Part shown: in pieces, positions 51,214-62,834 of the stretch
How the letters are laid out: the number at the start of each line of letters is the position of its first letter
Position numbering within the stretch: the first letter of the stretch is position 1
From: an uncultured delta proteobacterium
GTDB lineage: Bacteria; Myxococcota_A; UBA9160; SZUA-336
Assembly: GCA_963704165.1 (NCBI GenBank)
Contig: CAVPHD010000009.1
Coordinates: 160,001 to 224,000 of the forward strand
Length of the DNA: 64,000 nucleotides
Direction of reading: 5' to 3'
Translations under genes and position numbers: made by a program
Notes under the pieces: model-generated
Seen by the model: the letters and a program-made list of their open reading frames with translations, nothing else
The model's database searches: none
What the model was told of the DNA's origin: nothing

Positions 51214-51347
51214 TTCGGCTTCTCCTCGTTCACTTGGCGAATTGCGCAGCTCTTGCGGGAGCTTGACTCGATCCCTGCGCAGGGGCGCCGGAGCCTCGAC
51301 CCGCGTACCGCGCGGAATCGCATTCTCTCCACGGGGGATTTCGCTTC

Positions 51348-52235
51348 TCATCTCGAGCGGGCGGGGACTCCTGCGGCTTGCGCGCGGGTCTCGAGCTCGT
51401 CGAGCTGGTGCTGGAGCTTCGCCTCTTCGCGATCGAGGCGTTCGAGGTACCGCTGAGCCTGGGTCTCGGACTCCGGGGGTACCGCCTCGCGCGCCCTGCG
51501 CAGCGCCGCGAGCTGCTGATCGATCTGCCGGAACCGCTTGCGCCAGGTGTCCTCGGCGACGCCGCCGTAGACGCCATCGACCGAACCGGGCTCGAGCTCG
51601 GTGAGCCGCAGCTCGCCCAGCGCGGGATCGATCGCGACGCGGAAGCGGTTGAAGAACGGCATGCCGAGCAGCCCGGAGCTCATCGTGTCGAGCACCGCCA
51701 TCTCGACGTTCTCGGCGAAGAGCGTGCCGATGCGGAGCGAGGCGATCGTCACGACCGGAACGCGCATCGGATCGCCCGAAACGCCGACGATCGAGATTCT
51801 CGGCGTGTCCTCGTCGATCTCCACGCCGAGCTCATCCGCGGCCCAGCGCGGAAGCGTGTTCAGCGACGCCCCGGTGTCCGCCTTGAAGTTGCAGGGCAGC
51901 CGGTCCTCGAGGGTGACGTCGAGGCTGATCTCGTGGCCGGAGCGCTGGAAGTGCAGGAGGTGCACGCCCGTCGATGCGACGCTCGGTCGGACCCGGCCGA
52001 GCTCCCGGACGCCCGACGGATCGACGCTCGCCGGTGGGGCGTCGCCGACGTCGGCGCGAGCGCGCGGATCTTGCGGCTCGATCGTGACCGACTGGCCGGT
52101 CGGCACCTTTGCGCCATCGTCGGTGACGTGAACCCGGCCGTGCTCGTCGGTCCACTGGTAGAGCTCGGCGCGAGCGCCCGCGGCCTGCAGCCAGATGCCC
52201 AGGCAGGCCAGCGCCGCGATAGTGAAGCTGCGCAT
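51348..52235 (-). CDS. Exported DUF4124 + retropepsin-like aspartyl protease
   Basis: Signal peptide, LYQWTDEHGRVHVTD (DUF4124), DTGAS, GLLGMPF, coiled-coil tail. Confidence 0.85.
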   Translation of the reverse strand: MRSFTIAALACLGIWLQAAGARAELYQWTDEHGRVHVTDDGAKVPTGQSVTIEPQDPRARADVGDAPPASVDPSGVRELGRVRPSVASTGVHLLHFQRSGHEISLDVTLEDRLPCNFKADTGASLNTLPRWAADELGVEIDEDTPRISIVGVSGDPMRVPVVTIASLRIGTLFAENVEMAVLDTMSSGLLGMPFFNRFRVAIDPALGELRLTELEPGSVDGVYGGVAEDTWRKRFRQIDQQLAALRRAREAVPPESETQAQRYLERLDREEAKLQHQLDELETRAQAAGVPARSR

Positions 52236-52254
52236 GATTCCTCCCCGGAGCGGA

Positions 52255-54192
52255 TCAGTCCGGGTCCGTGTCCCCGGATCCATCGGCGGCGGCGCTGGCG
52301 TTCTTGACCGGCCTGTCCGCAGGGGGAGCGGCCGCTTCGGCGGGCCGGAAGAAGCCGTGCACGACGGCCGCATCGGCCTTGCTCAGCTTGGGCACGGCCT
52401 CGAGCGCCTCGAGGGAGGCGAGGCGAACCTTCTCGAGGCTGCCGAGCGTGCGCAGGAGCGCCCGCCGCTTCACGGGCCCGATGCCGGGCAGCTCGTCGAG
52501 GATCGAGCGCAGCTGGGTCTTCTTGCGCAGCTCGCGCTGGTAGGTGATCGCGAAGCGGTGCGACTCGTCGCGAATCCGCTGCAGCAGGAGCAGTGCGGAC
52601 GAGTCGGGCGGGAGCAGGACGGGGTCCTTCACGCCGGGCAGGAAGAGCTTCTCGCGCTTCTGGCCGGCGTGACGCAGCACGCGCGTCGAACCCGGTGTCT
52701 CGTCGCGCTCCTTGGCCAGGGATGCGAGCGCGACTCCCTCGACGCGGAGATCCACGAAGAGCGCGCGCGCGGCGTTGAGCTGACCCTTTCCCCCGTCGAG
52801 CAAGAGCAGATCCGGGGGCGGATCGCCCTCCTGCTTCTCGAGGCGACGGCGCAGCACTTCGCGCATGGCGCCGTAGTCGTCGCCGGGCAGGGTCTCGCGC
52901 AGCTTGTAGCGGCGGTAGCCGTCCTTGTGCGGGCGGCCATCGACGAAGACCACGCGCGAGGCGACGCCGAGCGTGCCCTGCAGGTGCGAGACGTCGTAGC
53001 ACTCGACGCGCGTAGGCCGCTTCTCCATGCGCACGGCCTCGCGCAAGCTCTCGAGCACGGCCTCGATGTTCTGCTCGCGTCGCCCGCGCTCGGCCAGCGC
53101 CAGCTCCGCGTTCCGCGTCGCGAGCTCGACGAGCCTCCGCCTCTCGCCGCGCTTGGGAACGACCACGTCCACCGCGTGACCCGCGCGTTCACGCCAGTGC
53201 TCCTGGAACGCCGCTTCGAGCTCGGCGCCGAGCTCGAAGGGCACGAGGACCTCGCGCGGGATCTCGCGCTCGGCGGCGTAGAACTGCCCGAGAAACGAGC
53301 CGAGCGCCTCGACGTCGTCGCCCGCGACGTCGCGGAACTCGTAGGCGTTTCCGCCGGCGAGCTTGCCCTGGCGCACGTGCAGGACCTGGAACTCCAGCCG
53401 CGGCCCGTCGCGCGCGACGCCGAAGACGTCGCGATCGACGAACGTGCGCGAGACCATCGCCTGCGATTCGACCGTGCGCTCGATCGCGCGCGCGCGATCG
53501 CGCAGACGGGCGGCCTCTTCGAAGCGCTCGGCGGCCGCGGCCTCGTCCATCCGCTCGCGCAGCTCGCCGAGCAGGTCGCCCGCCTTGCCGCGCAGGAGCA
53601 GCGTCGCGCCCGCGACCAGATCGGCGTAGGCCTCGTCGGCGATCCGGCCGACGCAGGGCGCCGAGCAGCGGCCCACCGAGTGCTCGAGGCAGGGCCGGCC
53701 CTGGCGCCGGTAGCTGCGCAGGACCGGATCGGCACAGGTTCGCAGCGGAAAGATCCGCTGCAGCGAGTCGAGCGTCTCGCGCAGCGAGGTGCTCGACGTG
53801 TACGGCCCGAAGTAGAGCGCACCGTCGCGCGCGAAGCTCCGCGTCTCGGTGAAGCGCGGGTACGCTTCGCGAGGATCGAGTCGCAGCGCGAGGTAGTTCT
53901 TGTCGTCGCGCAAGCGCACGTTGAAGCGCGGCTTGTGCTTCTTGATCAGCGCGTTCTCGAGGAGAAGCGCTTCCTTCACGTTCGAGGTGACGACGACGTC
54001 GACGTCCGCGACCCGCGCGACGAGGAACGGCACCTGATGGCGGCCATCGCCGCCCTTGCTGAAGTAGCTGCGCACGCGCGCGCGCAGGCTCTGCGCCTTG
54101 CCGACGTAGAGGACACGCCCGGCACCGTCCTTGAACAGGTAGACGCCGGCCTCGATCGGCAGTCCGGCAATGCGCTCCTCGAGCGCGCTCAC
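52255..54192 (-). CDS. uvrC: Excinuclease ABC subunit C
   Basis: GVYLFKD...YVGKA..LRARV (GIY-YIG), [22 protein letters not shown], HhH PGIGP. Confidence 0.96.
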   Translation of the reverse strand: MSALEERIAGLPIEAGVYLFKDGAGRVLYVGKAQSLRARVRSYFSKGGDGRHQVPFLVARVADVDVVVTSNVKEALLLENALIKKHKPRFNVRLRDDKNYLALRLDPREAYPRFTETRSFARDGALYFGPYTSSTSLRETLDSLQRIFPLRTCADPVLRSYRRQGRPCLEHSVGRCSAPCVGRIADEAYADLVAGATLLLRGKAGDLLGELRERMDEAAAAERFEEAARLRDRARAIERTVESQAMVSRTFVDRDVFGVARDGPRLEFQVLHVRQGKLAGGNAYEFRDVAGDDVEALGSFLGQFYAAEREIPREVLVPFELGAELEAAFQEHWRERAGHAVDVVVPKRGERRRLVELATRNAELALAERGRREQNIEAVLESLREAVRMEKRPTRVECYDVSHLQGTLGVASRVVFVDGRPHKDGYRRYKLRETLPGDDYGAMREVLRRRLEKQEGDPPPDLLLLDGGKGQLNAARALFVDLRVEGVALASLAKERDETPGSTRVLRHAGQKREKLFLPGVKDPVLLPPDSSALLLLQRIRDESHRFAITYQRELRKKTQLRSILDELPGIGPVKRRALLRTLGSLEKVRLASLEALEAVPKLSKADAAVVHGFFRPAEAAAPPADRPVKNASAAADGSGDTDPD

Positions 54193-56240
54193 CGGCGCCC
54201 TCGCCCTCCGCGCCCGCGGGGCTTCGGCGCGCGCGCGACGCGCGGCCCCGCCTCGTACCCCGCGAGAAGCGCACCCTCCTCGAGCCCCTTGATCCGGTCG
54301 CGGATCTCCGCGGCGCGCTCGAAGTCGAGGTCCTCCGCCGCCGTTCGCATCTCCGCGCGGAGCTTCTTCACGAGCGCGCTGAGCTCGTCCGGGGAGGCGT
54401 CGAGATCCGCGGCCTTCGAGACGGTCACGTAGTCGGCTTCGTACAGGCTCTCCGAGAGCGAGGTGATCGCGCTCTCGACCGTGCGCGGGGTGATCCCGTT
54501 CACGCGGTTGTACTCGCGCTGCACCTCGCGGCGCCGGTTCGTCTCGGCGACCGACGCCTGAATCGATCGCGTCTCGACGTCGGCGTAGAGCAGGACCGTG
54601 CCGCGGATGTTCCGCGCCGCGCGGCCCATCGTCTGGATCAGCGAGCGTTCCGAGCGCAGGAAGCCCTCTTTGTCGGCGTCGAGGATCGCGACGAGCGAGA
54701 CCTCCGGCAGGTTCAATCCCTCGCGCAGGAGATTGATCCCGACCAGCACGTCGAACTCGCCGTTGCGCAGGTCGCGCAGGATCTCCGTGCGTTCGATCGT
54801 CGGGATCTCCGAGTGCAGGTAGCGTACGCGGATGCCGACGTCCTGGTAGTAGTTCGTCAGCTCTTCGGACATGCGTTTGGTGAGCGTCGTGACGAGCACG
54901 CGGTCGCCGATCTCGACGCGTTTGCGGATCTCGCCGAGCAGGTCCTCGACCTGGTTCTTGGCCGGGCGTATCTCGATCTCGGGATCGATCAGTCCGGTCG
55001 GCCGGATGATCTGCTCGACGACGATCCCGCCGCTCTTCTCCAGCTCGTATTCCGCCGGAGTCGCGGAGACGAAGACCACCTGGCCGACGCGCTGCTCCCA
55101 TTCCTCGAAGCGCAGCGGGCGATTGTCGAGCGCCGACGGCAATCGGAATCCGTAGTCGACCAGCGTCTCCTTGCGGCGCCGATCGCCGCGGAACATCCCG
55201 CCGATCTGCGGCACGGTGACGTGGCTCTCGTCCACGAAGCACAGGAAGTCCTTCGGGAAGTAGTCGATCAGCGTGTACGGCGGCTGGTTCTCGACGCGTC
55301 CGTCGAGCCAGCGCGAGTAGTTTTCGACGCCGTGGCAGAAACCCATCTCGGAGAGCATCTCGATGTCGTACATCGTGCGCTGCTCGATCCGCTGCGCCTC
55401 GAGCAGCTTGTTCTCGCGCCGGAAGGTCGAGAGACGCACGTCGAGCTCCCCGCGGATGCCCTCGATCGCCTGCTTCAGCCGCTCCTGCGTCTGCACGTAG
55501 TGGCTGTTCGGGAAGATGACGGCGCGCTTCGGACGCGACAGCACGAGCCCGCGCAGCGGATCGATCTCGGAGATCTGATCGACGTCGTCGCCGAAGAACT
55601 CGATCCGGATCGCGCGCTCGTCCTCGTAGGCGGGAAAGACCTCGACGACGTCGCCGCGGACGCGGAACGTGCCGCGGTGGAAGTCGAAGTCGTTGCGGTC
55701 GTAGAGCATGTCGACGAGCTTGCGTGTGAAGTCGTCACGGGCGAGGCGTTGGCCCTGCTCGACGAACGCGTGCATCTCGCTGTAGGTCTCGGGCGAGCCC
55801 AGCCCGTAGATGCACGAGACGCTCGCCACCACGATCACGTCGCGGCGCGAGAGCACCGACCTCGTCGCGGAGTGACGCAGCTTGTCGATCTCGTCGTTGA
55901 TCGACGAGTCCTTCTCGATGAAGGTGTCGGTCGTCGGCAGGTAGGCTTCGGGCTGGTAGTAGTCGTAGTACGAGACGAAGTACTCGACCGCGTTCTTCGG
56001 GAAGAGCTTCTTGAACTCACCGTAGAGCTGCGCCGCGAGCGTCTTGTTCGGCGCCATGATCAGCGCCGGGCGATCGAGCTTCTCGATCACCCAGGACATC
56101 GTCGCGGTCTTTCCGCTACCGGTGATCCCGAGCAGCGTCTGATGGTTCAGGCCGCGCGCGACCCCATCCACGAGCTCTTCGATCGCGCGCGGCTGGTCGC
56201 CGAGCGGCTCGTAGTCGGAGACCATTTCGAAGTCAGGCAC
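54189..56240 (-). CDS. uvrB: Excinuclease ABC subunit B
   Basis: [35 protein letters not shown]-terminal UVR domain. Confidence 0.98.
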   Translation of the reverse strand: MPDFEMVSDYEPLGDQPRAIEELVDGVARGLNHQTLLGITGSGKTATMSWVIEKLDRPALIMAPNKTLAAQLYGEFKKLFPKNAVEYFVSYYDYYQPEAYLPTTDTFIEKDSSINDEIDKLRHSATRSVLSRRDVIVVASVSCIYGLGSPETYSEMHAFVEQGQRLARDDFTRKLVDMLYDRNDFDFHRGTFRVRGDVVEVFPAYEDERAIRIEFFGDDVDQISEIDPLRGLVLSRPKRAVIFPNSHYVQTQERLKQAIEGIRGELDVRLSTFRRENKLLEAQRIEQRTMYDIEMLSEMGFCHGVENYSRWLDGRVENQPPYTLIDYFPKDFLCFVDESHVTVPQIGGMFRGDRRRKETLVDYGFRLPSALDNRPLRFEEWEQRVGQVVFVSATPAEYELEKSGGIVVEQIIRPTGLIDPEIEIRPAKNQVEDLLGEIRKRVEIGDRVLVTTLTKRMSEELTNYYQDVGIRVRYLHSEIPTIERTEILRDLRNGEFDVLVGINLLREGLNLPEVSLVAILDADKEGFLRSERSLIQTMGRAARNIRGTVLLYADVETRSIQASVAETNRRREVQREYNRVNGITPRTVESAITSLSESLYEADYVTVSKAADLDASPDELSALVKKLRAEMRTAAEDLDFERAAEIRDRIKGLEEGALLAGYEAGPRVARAPKPRGRGGRGRR

Positions 56241-57639
56241 GGCGCCAGCGGCTCCCCTGTGGCGAATCCTCGATCAGGATGCCGCGCGCCTTGAACAAGT
56301 CGCGGATCTCGTCGGCGCGCTTCCAGTTCTTCGCCGCGCGCGCCTGGTCGCGTTCGAGCGCGAGCGCGTCGAGCTCCGCATCGCTCTCGACGCGCTCCTC
56401 GCGCGCCTCCGACAGACCGAGCGCGAGCACGGCGTCCCACTCGCGGAGCAGCGCGTGCTTCAGGCGACCGCCGAGCGTTTCGCTGCGCAGGGCTTCCCAG
56501 ACGACGGCGAGCGCGCGAGGGGCGTTGAGGTCGTCGGCGAGCGCGGCGCGGAAACGCGCCCGCAGCTCGTCCGCGACCTCGGCACCGAAGTCCGCGGTCT
56601 CGTCCGCGAGCTCGGCGGCGTGGCGAAGCAGCTTGCGCCAGGCGGTCTGCGCGCCGCGGATCGCGTCGTCGGAGTAGCCGAGCTGCTGGCGGTAGTGGCC
56701 CGAGAGCAGGAAGTAGCGGAACGCGAGCGGGTCGAAGCCCTGCGCGATGAGCTCGTCGAGGTTCAGCACACTGCCGCCCGTCGACTTCGAGATCTTCGAG
56801 CCGTCGAACATCAGCCATCCGCCGTGCATCCAGATCCTGACCCACGGTCGCACGCCGAGCGCGTTCTCGGTCTGCGCGATCTCGTTCGTGTGGTGCACGG
56901 GAATGTGGTCCGAGCCGCCGGTGTGGATGTCGAACCGGGTACCGAGGTGCTTCACGCTCATCGCCGAGCACTCGATGTGCCAGCCGGGAAATCCGCGTCC
57001 CCACGGGCTCTCCCACTCCATCTCGCGGCGCGCGCCTTCGGCGGCGGAGAACTTCCAGAGCGCGAAGTCGGCGGCGTTGCGCTTTTCGGTCGCACCCTCG
57101 ATCCGCTCGCTCGTCGCCTGCGCGGCCAGGTCGAGCCGCGCGAGCTCACCGTAGTGCGGATCCTTCGAGACGTCGAAGTAGATCCCGTCGGAGACGCGGT
57201 AGGTGAAGCCCTTCGCCTCGAGCGCGCGGATCATCTCGATCTGCTCGGCGATGTGGTCGGTCGCCTTGCACCAGACATCCGGGGCCCGGCAGTGGAGCTT
57301 CGCGAGGTCGTCCTGGAAGACTCCGGTCCACTGGGCGGCGATTTCCCAGGCCGAGCGCCTCTGCTCGCGCGCCGCCTTCTCGAGCTTGTCGTCGCCACTG
57401 TCGGCGTCGCTCACCAGATGCCCGACGTCGGTGATGTTGATGACGTGCCGCACCTCGAAGCCGAAGATACGCAGCGATCGGTTCAAGAGATCCGCGAAGA
57501 CGTAGGTGCGCAGATTGCCGAGATGCTGGCGTGCGTAGACGGTGGGACCGCAGCTGTAGACGCGAACGAGCGGAGGTTCGATGGGCGAGAGCGGCTCCTT
57601 CCTGCGCGTCAGCGTGTTGTACAGCCGGAGCTCGCTCAC
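56233..57639 (-). CDS. cysS: Cysteine--tRNA ligase
   Basis: [34 protein letters not shown]. Confidence 0.96.
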   Translation of the reverse strand: MSELRLYNTLTRRKEPLSPIEPPLVRVYSCGPTVYARQHLGNLRTYVFADLLNRSLRIFGFEVRHVINITDVGHLVSDADSGDDKLEKAAREQRRSAWEIAAQWTGVFQDDLAKLHCRAPDVWCKATDHIAEQIEMIRALEAKGFTYRVSDGIYFDVSKDPHYGELARLDLAAQATSERIEGATEKRNAADFALWKFSAAEGARREMEWESPWGRGFPGWHIECSAMSVKHLGTRFDIHTGGSDHIPVHHTNEIAQTENALGVRPWVRIWMHGGWLMFDGSKISKSTGGSVLNLDELIAQGFDPLAFRYFLLSGHYRQQLGYSDDAIRGAQTAWRKLLRHAAELADETADFGAEVADELRARFRAALADDLNAPRALAVVWEALRSETLGGRLKHALLREWDAVLALGLSEAREERVESDAELDALALERDQARAAKNWKRADEIRDLFKARGILIEDSPQGSRWRRA

Positions 57640-58115
57640 GGATCCCTCCGCGCGAGCAGGACGATCGCCTGCGCGGCGATGCCCTCCGCGCGGCCGATCG
57701 CGCCGAGGCCGTCGGTGCTCTTGAGCTTCAGGTTCACGCGCGCAGCCTCGACGCCGAGCTGCTTCGCGAGGCTCTCCTCGATCTGCTCGCGAAATGGCGA
57801 GAGCCGCGGCTCTTCGGCGATCAGCGTGGCATCGACGTTCGAGATCGCGAGCCCGGCACCTGCAACACGGCGCATGATCTCGCCGAGCAACAACGCCCCC
57901 GAGGCATTCCGCCAGCGCTCGTCCGACGAGGGGAAGTGCGTGCCGAGATCCCCGCCGCCGAGCGCGCCGAGCAGAGCGTCGCCGACCGCGTGCGAGAGGA
58001 CGTCCGCGTCGGAGTGGCCCTCGAGCCCGCGCCCGTGCGGAATTCGCACCCCGCCCAGAACGAGCGTGCGGCCCGACACCAATCGGTGAACGTCGAAGCC
58101 CTGGCCTATGCGCAT
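57636..58115 (-). CDS. ispF: 2-C-methyl-D-erythritol 2,4-cyclodiphosphate synthase
   Basis: MRIGQGFDVH, GHSDADV, GDLGTHFP. Confidence 0.96.
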   Translation of the reverse strand: MRIGQGFDVHRLVSGRTLVLGGVRIPHGRGLEGHSDADVLSHAVGDALLGALGGGDLGTHFPSSDERWRNASGALLLGEIMRRVAGAGLAISNVDATLIAEEPRLSPFREQIEESLAKQLGVEAARVNLKLKSTDGLGAIGRAEGIAAQAIVLLARRDP

Positions 58116-58801
58116 CCGCCCTCCGCGCGACGCGCGAGCAGGAGCTCCGCCCGGGCCAGGTCGTCCGGATGCGTCACCTTGAAATTCTCGGGACGGCCCG
58201 CGCAGGTCCGAACCTCGACGCCGAGCCGCTCGACCAGGGAGGCGCAGTCCGTTCCCTCGAAGCCGTCGCGCTCGGCCTTGTCGAGCGCCTCGCGCAGGAT
58301 CCGTACCCGGAACGCCTGGGGGGTCTGGGCCAGTCCCAGCCGCGCGCGCTCGAGCGTTCGCTCGACTCGCGCGCCGTTCTCCGCGAGCCACTTCGTCGTG
58401 TCGCTCGCCGGAACCACCGGCAGCGCGGCCCCGGTCGCCTCGGCCGCGCGCAGGACCGAGCTCGCGTCCGATGGCTCGACCAGGCAGCGGGCGGCGTCGT
58501 GGACGAGTACCCATTCCAGATCCGGACGAGCCGCGGAGGCACGTGCGAGCCCGCGCGCGACCGAATCCTGCCTTCGCGCTCCACCCTCGATCGGAGCGAG
58601 CCACTCCGCCGATGTCGGCGTCGGGATCTGCGTGCCGGGCGGGAGCACGGGCTGAATCACCGCGACTTCCGGGCAGCGCGAGAGCGCCCCGGCGCTCCAC
58701 TCGAGCAGGGTTCGCCCGCGCAGGCGGACGAGCGCCTTCGGAAGAGCTTGACCCAGGCGAGTGCCCTGCCCGGCTGCGAGCAGAACGACGAGCGCGCGCA
58801 T
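58106..58801 (-). CDS. ispD: MEP cytidylyltransferase
   Basis: LAAGQGTRLG...PK, GGARRQDSV, VHDAAR, QTPQAF, NFKVT. Confidence 0.95.
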   Translation of the reverse strand: MRALVVLLAAGQGTRLGQALPKALVRLRGRTLLEWSAGALSRCPEVAVIQPVLPPGTQIPTPTSAEWLAPIEGGARRQDSVARGLARASAARPDLEWVLVHDAARCLVEPSDASSVLRAAEATGAALPVVPASDTTKWLAENGARVERTLERARLGLAQTPQAFRVRILREALDKAERDGFEGTDCASLVERLGVEVRTCAGRPENFKVTHPDDLARAELLLARRAEGGCA

Positions 58802-58866
58802 CGCGGCACTATAGCGTTCGCGCGGTAGACTGACGGCTTCGAGAATTCCGGACCGGAGACCTCGCG

Positions 58867-59697
58867 ATGCCGCCACTTCCCGCACAGACCGAGCTGGTCG
58901 TCCGACGGCCATCCTTCGACCTCGGGTCCGACCTTCCGCACTACTGGCACGGCGCAGGGCCGTTCGCGACGCACTTCCTGAACTCGCTCTCGTCCGTCTT
59001 CCCCGACGGCGAGGCGTTCTTCGTGCGGTCCGTCGCGCACTTCCGCGACCGGATCGACGACCCCGAGCTCCAGCGGGCGATCCAGGGCTTCGCCGGTCAG
59101 GAAGCACAACACAGCCGGCAGCACAGCCGGCACGTCGAGCTGCTGGTCGACCAGGGTTACACCGCGCTGGTTCGGTTGAACGCGATGGCGGACCGGGGCA
59201 TGCGCTTCGGAAACCGTCACTGGCCGAGGTTCTCGCTCGCGAGCACGGCCGCGATCGAGCACCTGACCGCGCTGCTCGCGCGCCGGGTCCTGCGCGACGA
59301 GGCGCGCTTCACCGCGCCGATGGAGCCACGCATGGCCGCGCTCTGGCGCTGGCACGCCGTCGAGGAAGCCGAGCACAAAGCGGTCGCCTACGACGTTCTC
59401 CAGCGCGTCGCCCCGAGCCGGCTGCTGCGCTCCTTCGCGTTGATCCTGAATACACTCGGGCTCGTCTTCGAAATGCTGGCGCGTACGCTCTACATGCTGT
59501 GGGTGGACGGCGTGCTGTTCCGGAAAGGCACGCTGTCGAACGGCTGGAGCTTCCTGTTCGGACGCAACGGGCTGTTGCGAGGCCACGCTCGCGACTACAC
59601 CGCCTGGTTTCGGCGTGGCTTCCACCCGAACGAGATCGACGACCGGCCGCTGATCGACGCCTGGAACCGCGAGCGAACCACCCTAACGAGCGAGTGA
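58867..59697 (+). CDS. Predicted metal-dependent hydrolase
   Basis: LSSVFPDGEAFF, FAGQEAQHSRQH, AIEHLTA, WHAVEEAEHKAVAYD. Confidence 0.88.
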   Translation: MPPLPAQTELVVRRPSFDLGSDLPHYWHGAGPFATHFLNSLSSVFPDGEAFFVRSVAHFRDRIDDPELQRAIQGFAGQEAQHSRQHSRHVELLVDQGYTALVRLNAMADRGMRFGNRHWPRFSLASTAAIEHLTALLARRVLRDEARFTAPMEPRMAALWRWHAVEEAEHKAVAYDVLQRVAPSRLLRSFALILNTLGLVFEMLARTLYMLWVDGVLFRKGTLSNGWSFLFGRNGLLRGHARDYTAWFRRGFHPNEIDDRPLIDAWNRERTTLTSE

Positions 59698-59703
59698 GCG
59701 CCG

Positions 59704-60213
59704 CTACTTGACCGCCGCGCGGATCGACGCCTCGATCTCGTCGATCCCGGTCGCCTCGGCGGCCGCGAGCTCCTGAACGAGCAGCGAGCGCGCGTTCTCG
59801 AGCAGCTTGCGTTCGCCGAAGCTGAGCTCCTTGGTGTGCTGGAGTCGGAGCAGGTCACGGAGCACCTCGGCGGTCTCGAAGATCGTGCCGAGCTTCAGCT
59901 TCTCCTGGAGCTCTCGGAACTGGCGACTCCAGGCGATGCCGACGCGCGCCTTCGTGCGCTTGCGCTCCTTCAGGATCTTCCAGACACGCTGCGCCTCGAC
60001 CCGCTCGATCGGTGGGCGGAGTCCCACCTCGGTGATCCGGTCGCGCGGGATCAGGATGCGGCTCTCGTCGTCGAGCTTTCGCAGCACCAGGAACTCGAGC
60101 TTCTGCCCGCCGATCTCGCGGATCTGCAACGCCTCGATCCGGGCCACCCCATGACCCGGATAGACGGCGAGTTCGCCGACTTTCGCGACCCACTTCCTGG
60201 CAGCTGTGGCCAA
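59704..60213 (-). CDS. carD: CarD/CdnL RNA polymerase-binding factor
   Basis: VYPGHGVARI, GLRP, conserved Trp in AWSRQFR, AEVLRDL, SFGERKLL; start uncertain. Confidence 0.9.
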   Translation of the reverse strand: MATAARKWVAKVGELAVYPGHGVARIEALQIREIGGQKLEFLVLRKLDDESRILIPRDRITEVGLRPPIERVEAQRVWKILKERKRTKARVGIAWSRQFRELQEKLKLGTIFETAEVLRDLLRLQHTKELSFGERKLLENARSLLVQELAAAEATGIDEIEASIRAAVK

Positions 60214-60294
60214 CCTGCACCCCGACCCACGCTCTGACCGAGAACTGCCGCCACTCTACCATTTGCAGGTGCTGAGCCGGGTTCCGTATCGCAC

Positions 60295-60340
60295 TTGCAA
60301 CGGCTCTGCGCGCGGACGTAAGGTGATGACCGGTCGTTCA
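60295..60340 (+). promoter_or_regulatory. Putative tetR-tolC promoter with downstream operator
   Basis: TTGCAA-N18-TAAGGT followed by the imperfect palindrome TGACCGGTCGTTCA (60327-60340). Confidence 0.45.
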
Positions 60341-60395
60341 GCTCACTGGACGGCGTTTCAAACGACTGACCCCTACTTCACCTCCGGGACCGACG

Positions 60396-61028
60396 ATGCC
60401 GCAGACCCGCGTGGGTCGAACCAAAGAGGAGGTCCTCAAGGACTTCCGCACCGACGAGATCGTGCAGGCCGCACGTCGCGTGATCGCGACGCTCGGCTTT
60501 GCGGACGCGTCGATGGAGCGCATCGCCCACGAAGCCGGAGTCGCCAAGGGCACGATCTACCTCTACTTCCGAAACAAGGAAGAGCTGCTCGCCCACGTCG
60601 CAGACCACGGATTCGCGGTCATGATGGAGCGCGCCCGCACGGCATCGGCGCGCGAGCGCAGCGCGGAGCGCAAGCTCGTCGCCCTGCTCTGCGCGGCACT
60701 CGAGCACTCCAGCGAGAATCAGGCGATCTTCCGCGCGCTCCAGGACCATCGGCAGCTCACCCCCGAGCGACCGCCGCTTCTCGCGGCGACGTTCGAGCAG
60801 AACCTCGAGGAGCTCGTGGGATTCGTCGCCAGCGTGATCGAGGACGGCACGAAGGACGGCGATTTTCGCGCCTGCGATCCACGCCGCGCCTCGCGATTCC
60901 TCGTCGAATCCATGCGCGGTGCGATCCTCGAACGCCTGCGCGAACCTTCCCGAACGAGCGTCCAGTCGGACGCCGAAGCCATCGTCGACTTCTTCCTTCA
61001 CGGAGTCGGCGCAACGGAGCCAAGATGA
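60396..61028 (+). CDS. TetR/AcrR family regulator
   Basis: IAHEAGVAKGTIYLYFRNKEEL HTH. Confidence 0.94.
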   Translation: MPQTRVGRTKEEVLKDFRTDEIVQAARRVIATLGFADASMERIAHEAGVAKGTIYLYFRNKEELLAHVADHGFAVMMERARTASARERSAERKLVALLCAALEHSSENQAIFRALQDHRQLTPERPPLLAATFEQNLEELVGFVASVIEDGTKDGDFRACDPRRASRFLVESMRGAILERLREPSRTSVQSDAEAIVDFFLHGVGATEPR

Positions 61029-62704
61029 CGCGCACCCTTTTCCCGCTGCTCGCCCTGCTCGCATGGACCTCGACTGCTCACGCACAGGCACCGAGTGCCG
61101 GCGAGGTGCTCGGCCAGGATCGGTTGATCACGCTCCCCGACGCCGTGGCTCTGGCCCTCGAGCACAACCTCGGGCTTCAGGTCGAGCGACTCGATCCGGC
61201 GATCGCGCGCGAACGCGTGCGGGAATCGTGGGGCGCGTTCGATCCGAGCATCGTCGGGCTCTACGACCGGCAGCACGTCGAGACTCCGGTCGCGAGCTCG
61301 GTACAGAGCTTCTTCGGCACCCAGGGGGATCGGACCACCGATGACTACTACATCTACAATGGCGGCCTGCGCGGAATCCTGCCTTGGGGCTTCTCCTACT
61401 CGAGCGGCTACACGCTGCAGATCCTGAACTCCGACTCCGGCATCTACTCGCTCGATCCGCAGTACACCGCCGTGTGGCGCAGCGAGATGGTCATGCCGCT
61501 GCTCCGCAACCTGTACTGGAGCACGCCCGACCTGCTCGTGCGCCGGAGCCGGGTCACGCAGGACATCACCGACGAGAACTTCCGCGCACGACTCTCCGAC
61601 ACGGTCGCACTCGTCGAGGCCGCGTACTGGGCGCTCGCCGCGACACGCGCGCTCGAGGCCTCGGCGACGAAGAGCGTCGAGACCGCGAACGACCTGCTCG
61701 AGCAGACGAAGGTGCAGTACCAGGTCGGCGTGGTCTCGAAGGTGCGCGTGACCGAGGCGGACGCGGGTCTCGCGCAGCGCGAGTTCGATCGGATCGTGCG
61801 CACGAACGAGGCACAGGCGGCGCAGGACCGGCTTCTGACCGCGATCCTCGCACCGCAGATCGGCGACTACGCCTCCACGCACATCCGCACCGAGGAGCCG
61901 ACCTTCGTGCCCTACGAGGTGGATGCGGAGACGGCGCTCGCGAGGGCGCGTGCACAGCGTCCCGAGCTGGTCGCCGCGCAGAGGGCGGTCGAGAACGCCG
62001 AACTCGACGAGCGCTACGCATGGAACCAGAAGCTGCCCGCGCTCGACGTACGCGCGAGCTGGGCCAACAACGGAATGTCGGGCGAGCAGAAGGTGGCGCC
62101 CGGCACACCGGTCACGAGTCCGATCCCGAGCATCAACGACAACGGCACGCCGGGCGATCCGACCGACGACTATCCCGAGATGGTGGCCCGGCCCGCCGCG
62201 AACCTCGGCTACCCGACCGGACGTTGGTCGGCGAGCAGCGACTTCTTCGACGCGAGCGGCGAGCACAGCTGGGGGATCGGCGCGAATCTCGTGGTGCCGA
62301 TCGGGAACGACACGCTCGACGCGCGCCACGTTCAGAGCAAGATCCTGCTCCGCCGGGCGAAGACGAACCTGCGGATCCAGCAGCAGAACATCACGGTGGA
62401 CGTGCGGAACTCCGTGCGCGACCTGAAGAGCGCGATCGACGGGGTGAAGGCGGCCTCGCGCGCGCGGATCGCCTCGCAGGAGACGCTGCACGCCGAGCAG
62501 GAGCGGCTGCGGCTCGGCGACTCGACGCCGCACACGGTTCTCGACTACGAAGAGGACCTGCTGCTCGCGGAGAGCAACGAGATCCGTGCGCTGCAGGTCT
62601 ACCGCACCGCGATCGCCGCGCTCGAGCGCGCGCAGGGCACGCTGCTCGACAAGCTCGGCATCGACGTCGTCGACGAACGCGACCGCGGCCTCGGTCAGTT
62701 CTGA
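61025..62704 (+). CDS. TolC family outer membrane protein
   Basis: Signal peptide, AVALALEHN, two OEP repeats (VEAAYWAL; ERLRLG...ALERAQGTLL). Confidence 0.88.
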   Translation: MTRTLFPLLALLAWTSTAHAQAPSAGEVLGQDRLITLPDAVALALEHNLGLQVERLDPAIARERVRESWGAFDPSIVGLYDRQHVETPVASSVQSFFGTQGDRTTDDYYIYNGGLRGILPWGFSYSSGYTLQILNSDSGIYSLDPQYTAVWRSEMVMPLLRNLYWSTPDLLVRRSRVTQDITDENFRARLSDTVALVEAAYWALAATRALEASATKSVETANDLLEQTKVQYQVGVVSKVRVTEADAGLAQREFDRIVRTNEAQAAQDRLLTAILAPQIGDYASTHIRTEEPTFVPYEVDAETALARARAQRPELVAAQRAVENAELDERYAWNQKLPALDVRASWANNGMSGEQKVAPGTPVTSPIPSINDNGTPGDPTDDYPEMVARPAANLGYPTGRWSASSDFFDASGEHSWGIGANLVVPIGNDTLDARHVQSKILLRRAKTNLRIQQQNITVDVRNSVRDLKSAIDGVKAASRARIASQETLHAEQERLRLGDSTPHTVLDYEEDLLLAESNEIRALQVYRTAIAALERAQGTLLDKLGIDVVDERDRGLGQF

Positions 62705-62834
62705 GGGTCGAATCCCTCGCGGTTGTCAGGGTCGGTCAGGCGAGGCTACCCTCGTGGCTCGCACGGACACCGCTTGGGTGTGACCTCTCTCACCGACGGC
62801 GATGGCCGACTCGCGGCAACGTGCAGGAGTGACC

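Noticed and set aside
31226..56240. A dedicated uracil/abasic-site repair island (MUG, SRAP, dCMP deaminase, comEC, uvrBC)
   Set aside because: The genes are scattered over 25 kb on different strands among unrelated genes; no operon or shared motif links them.
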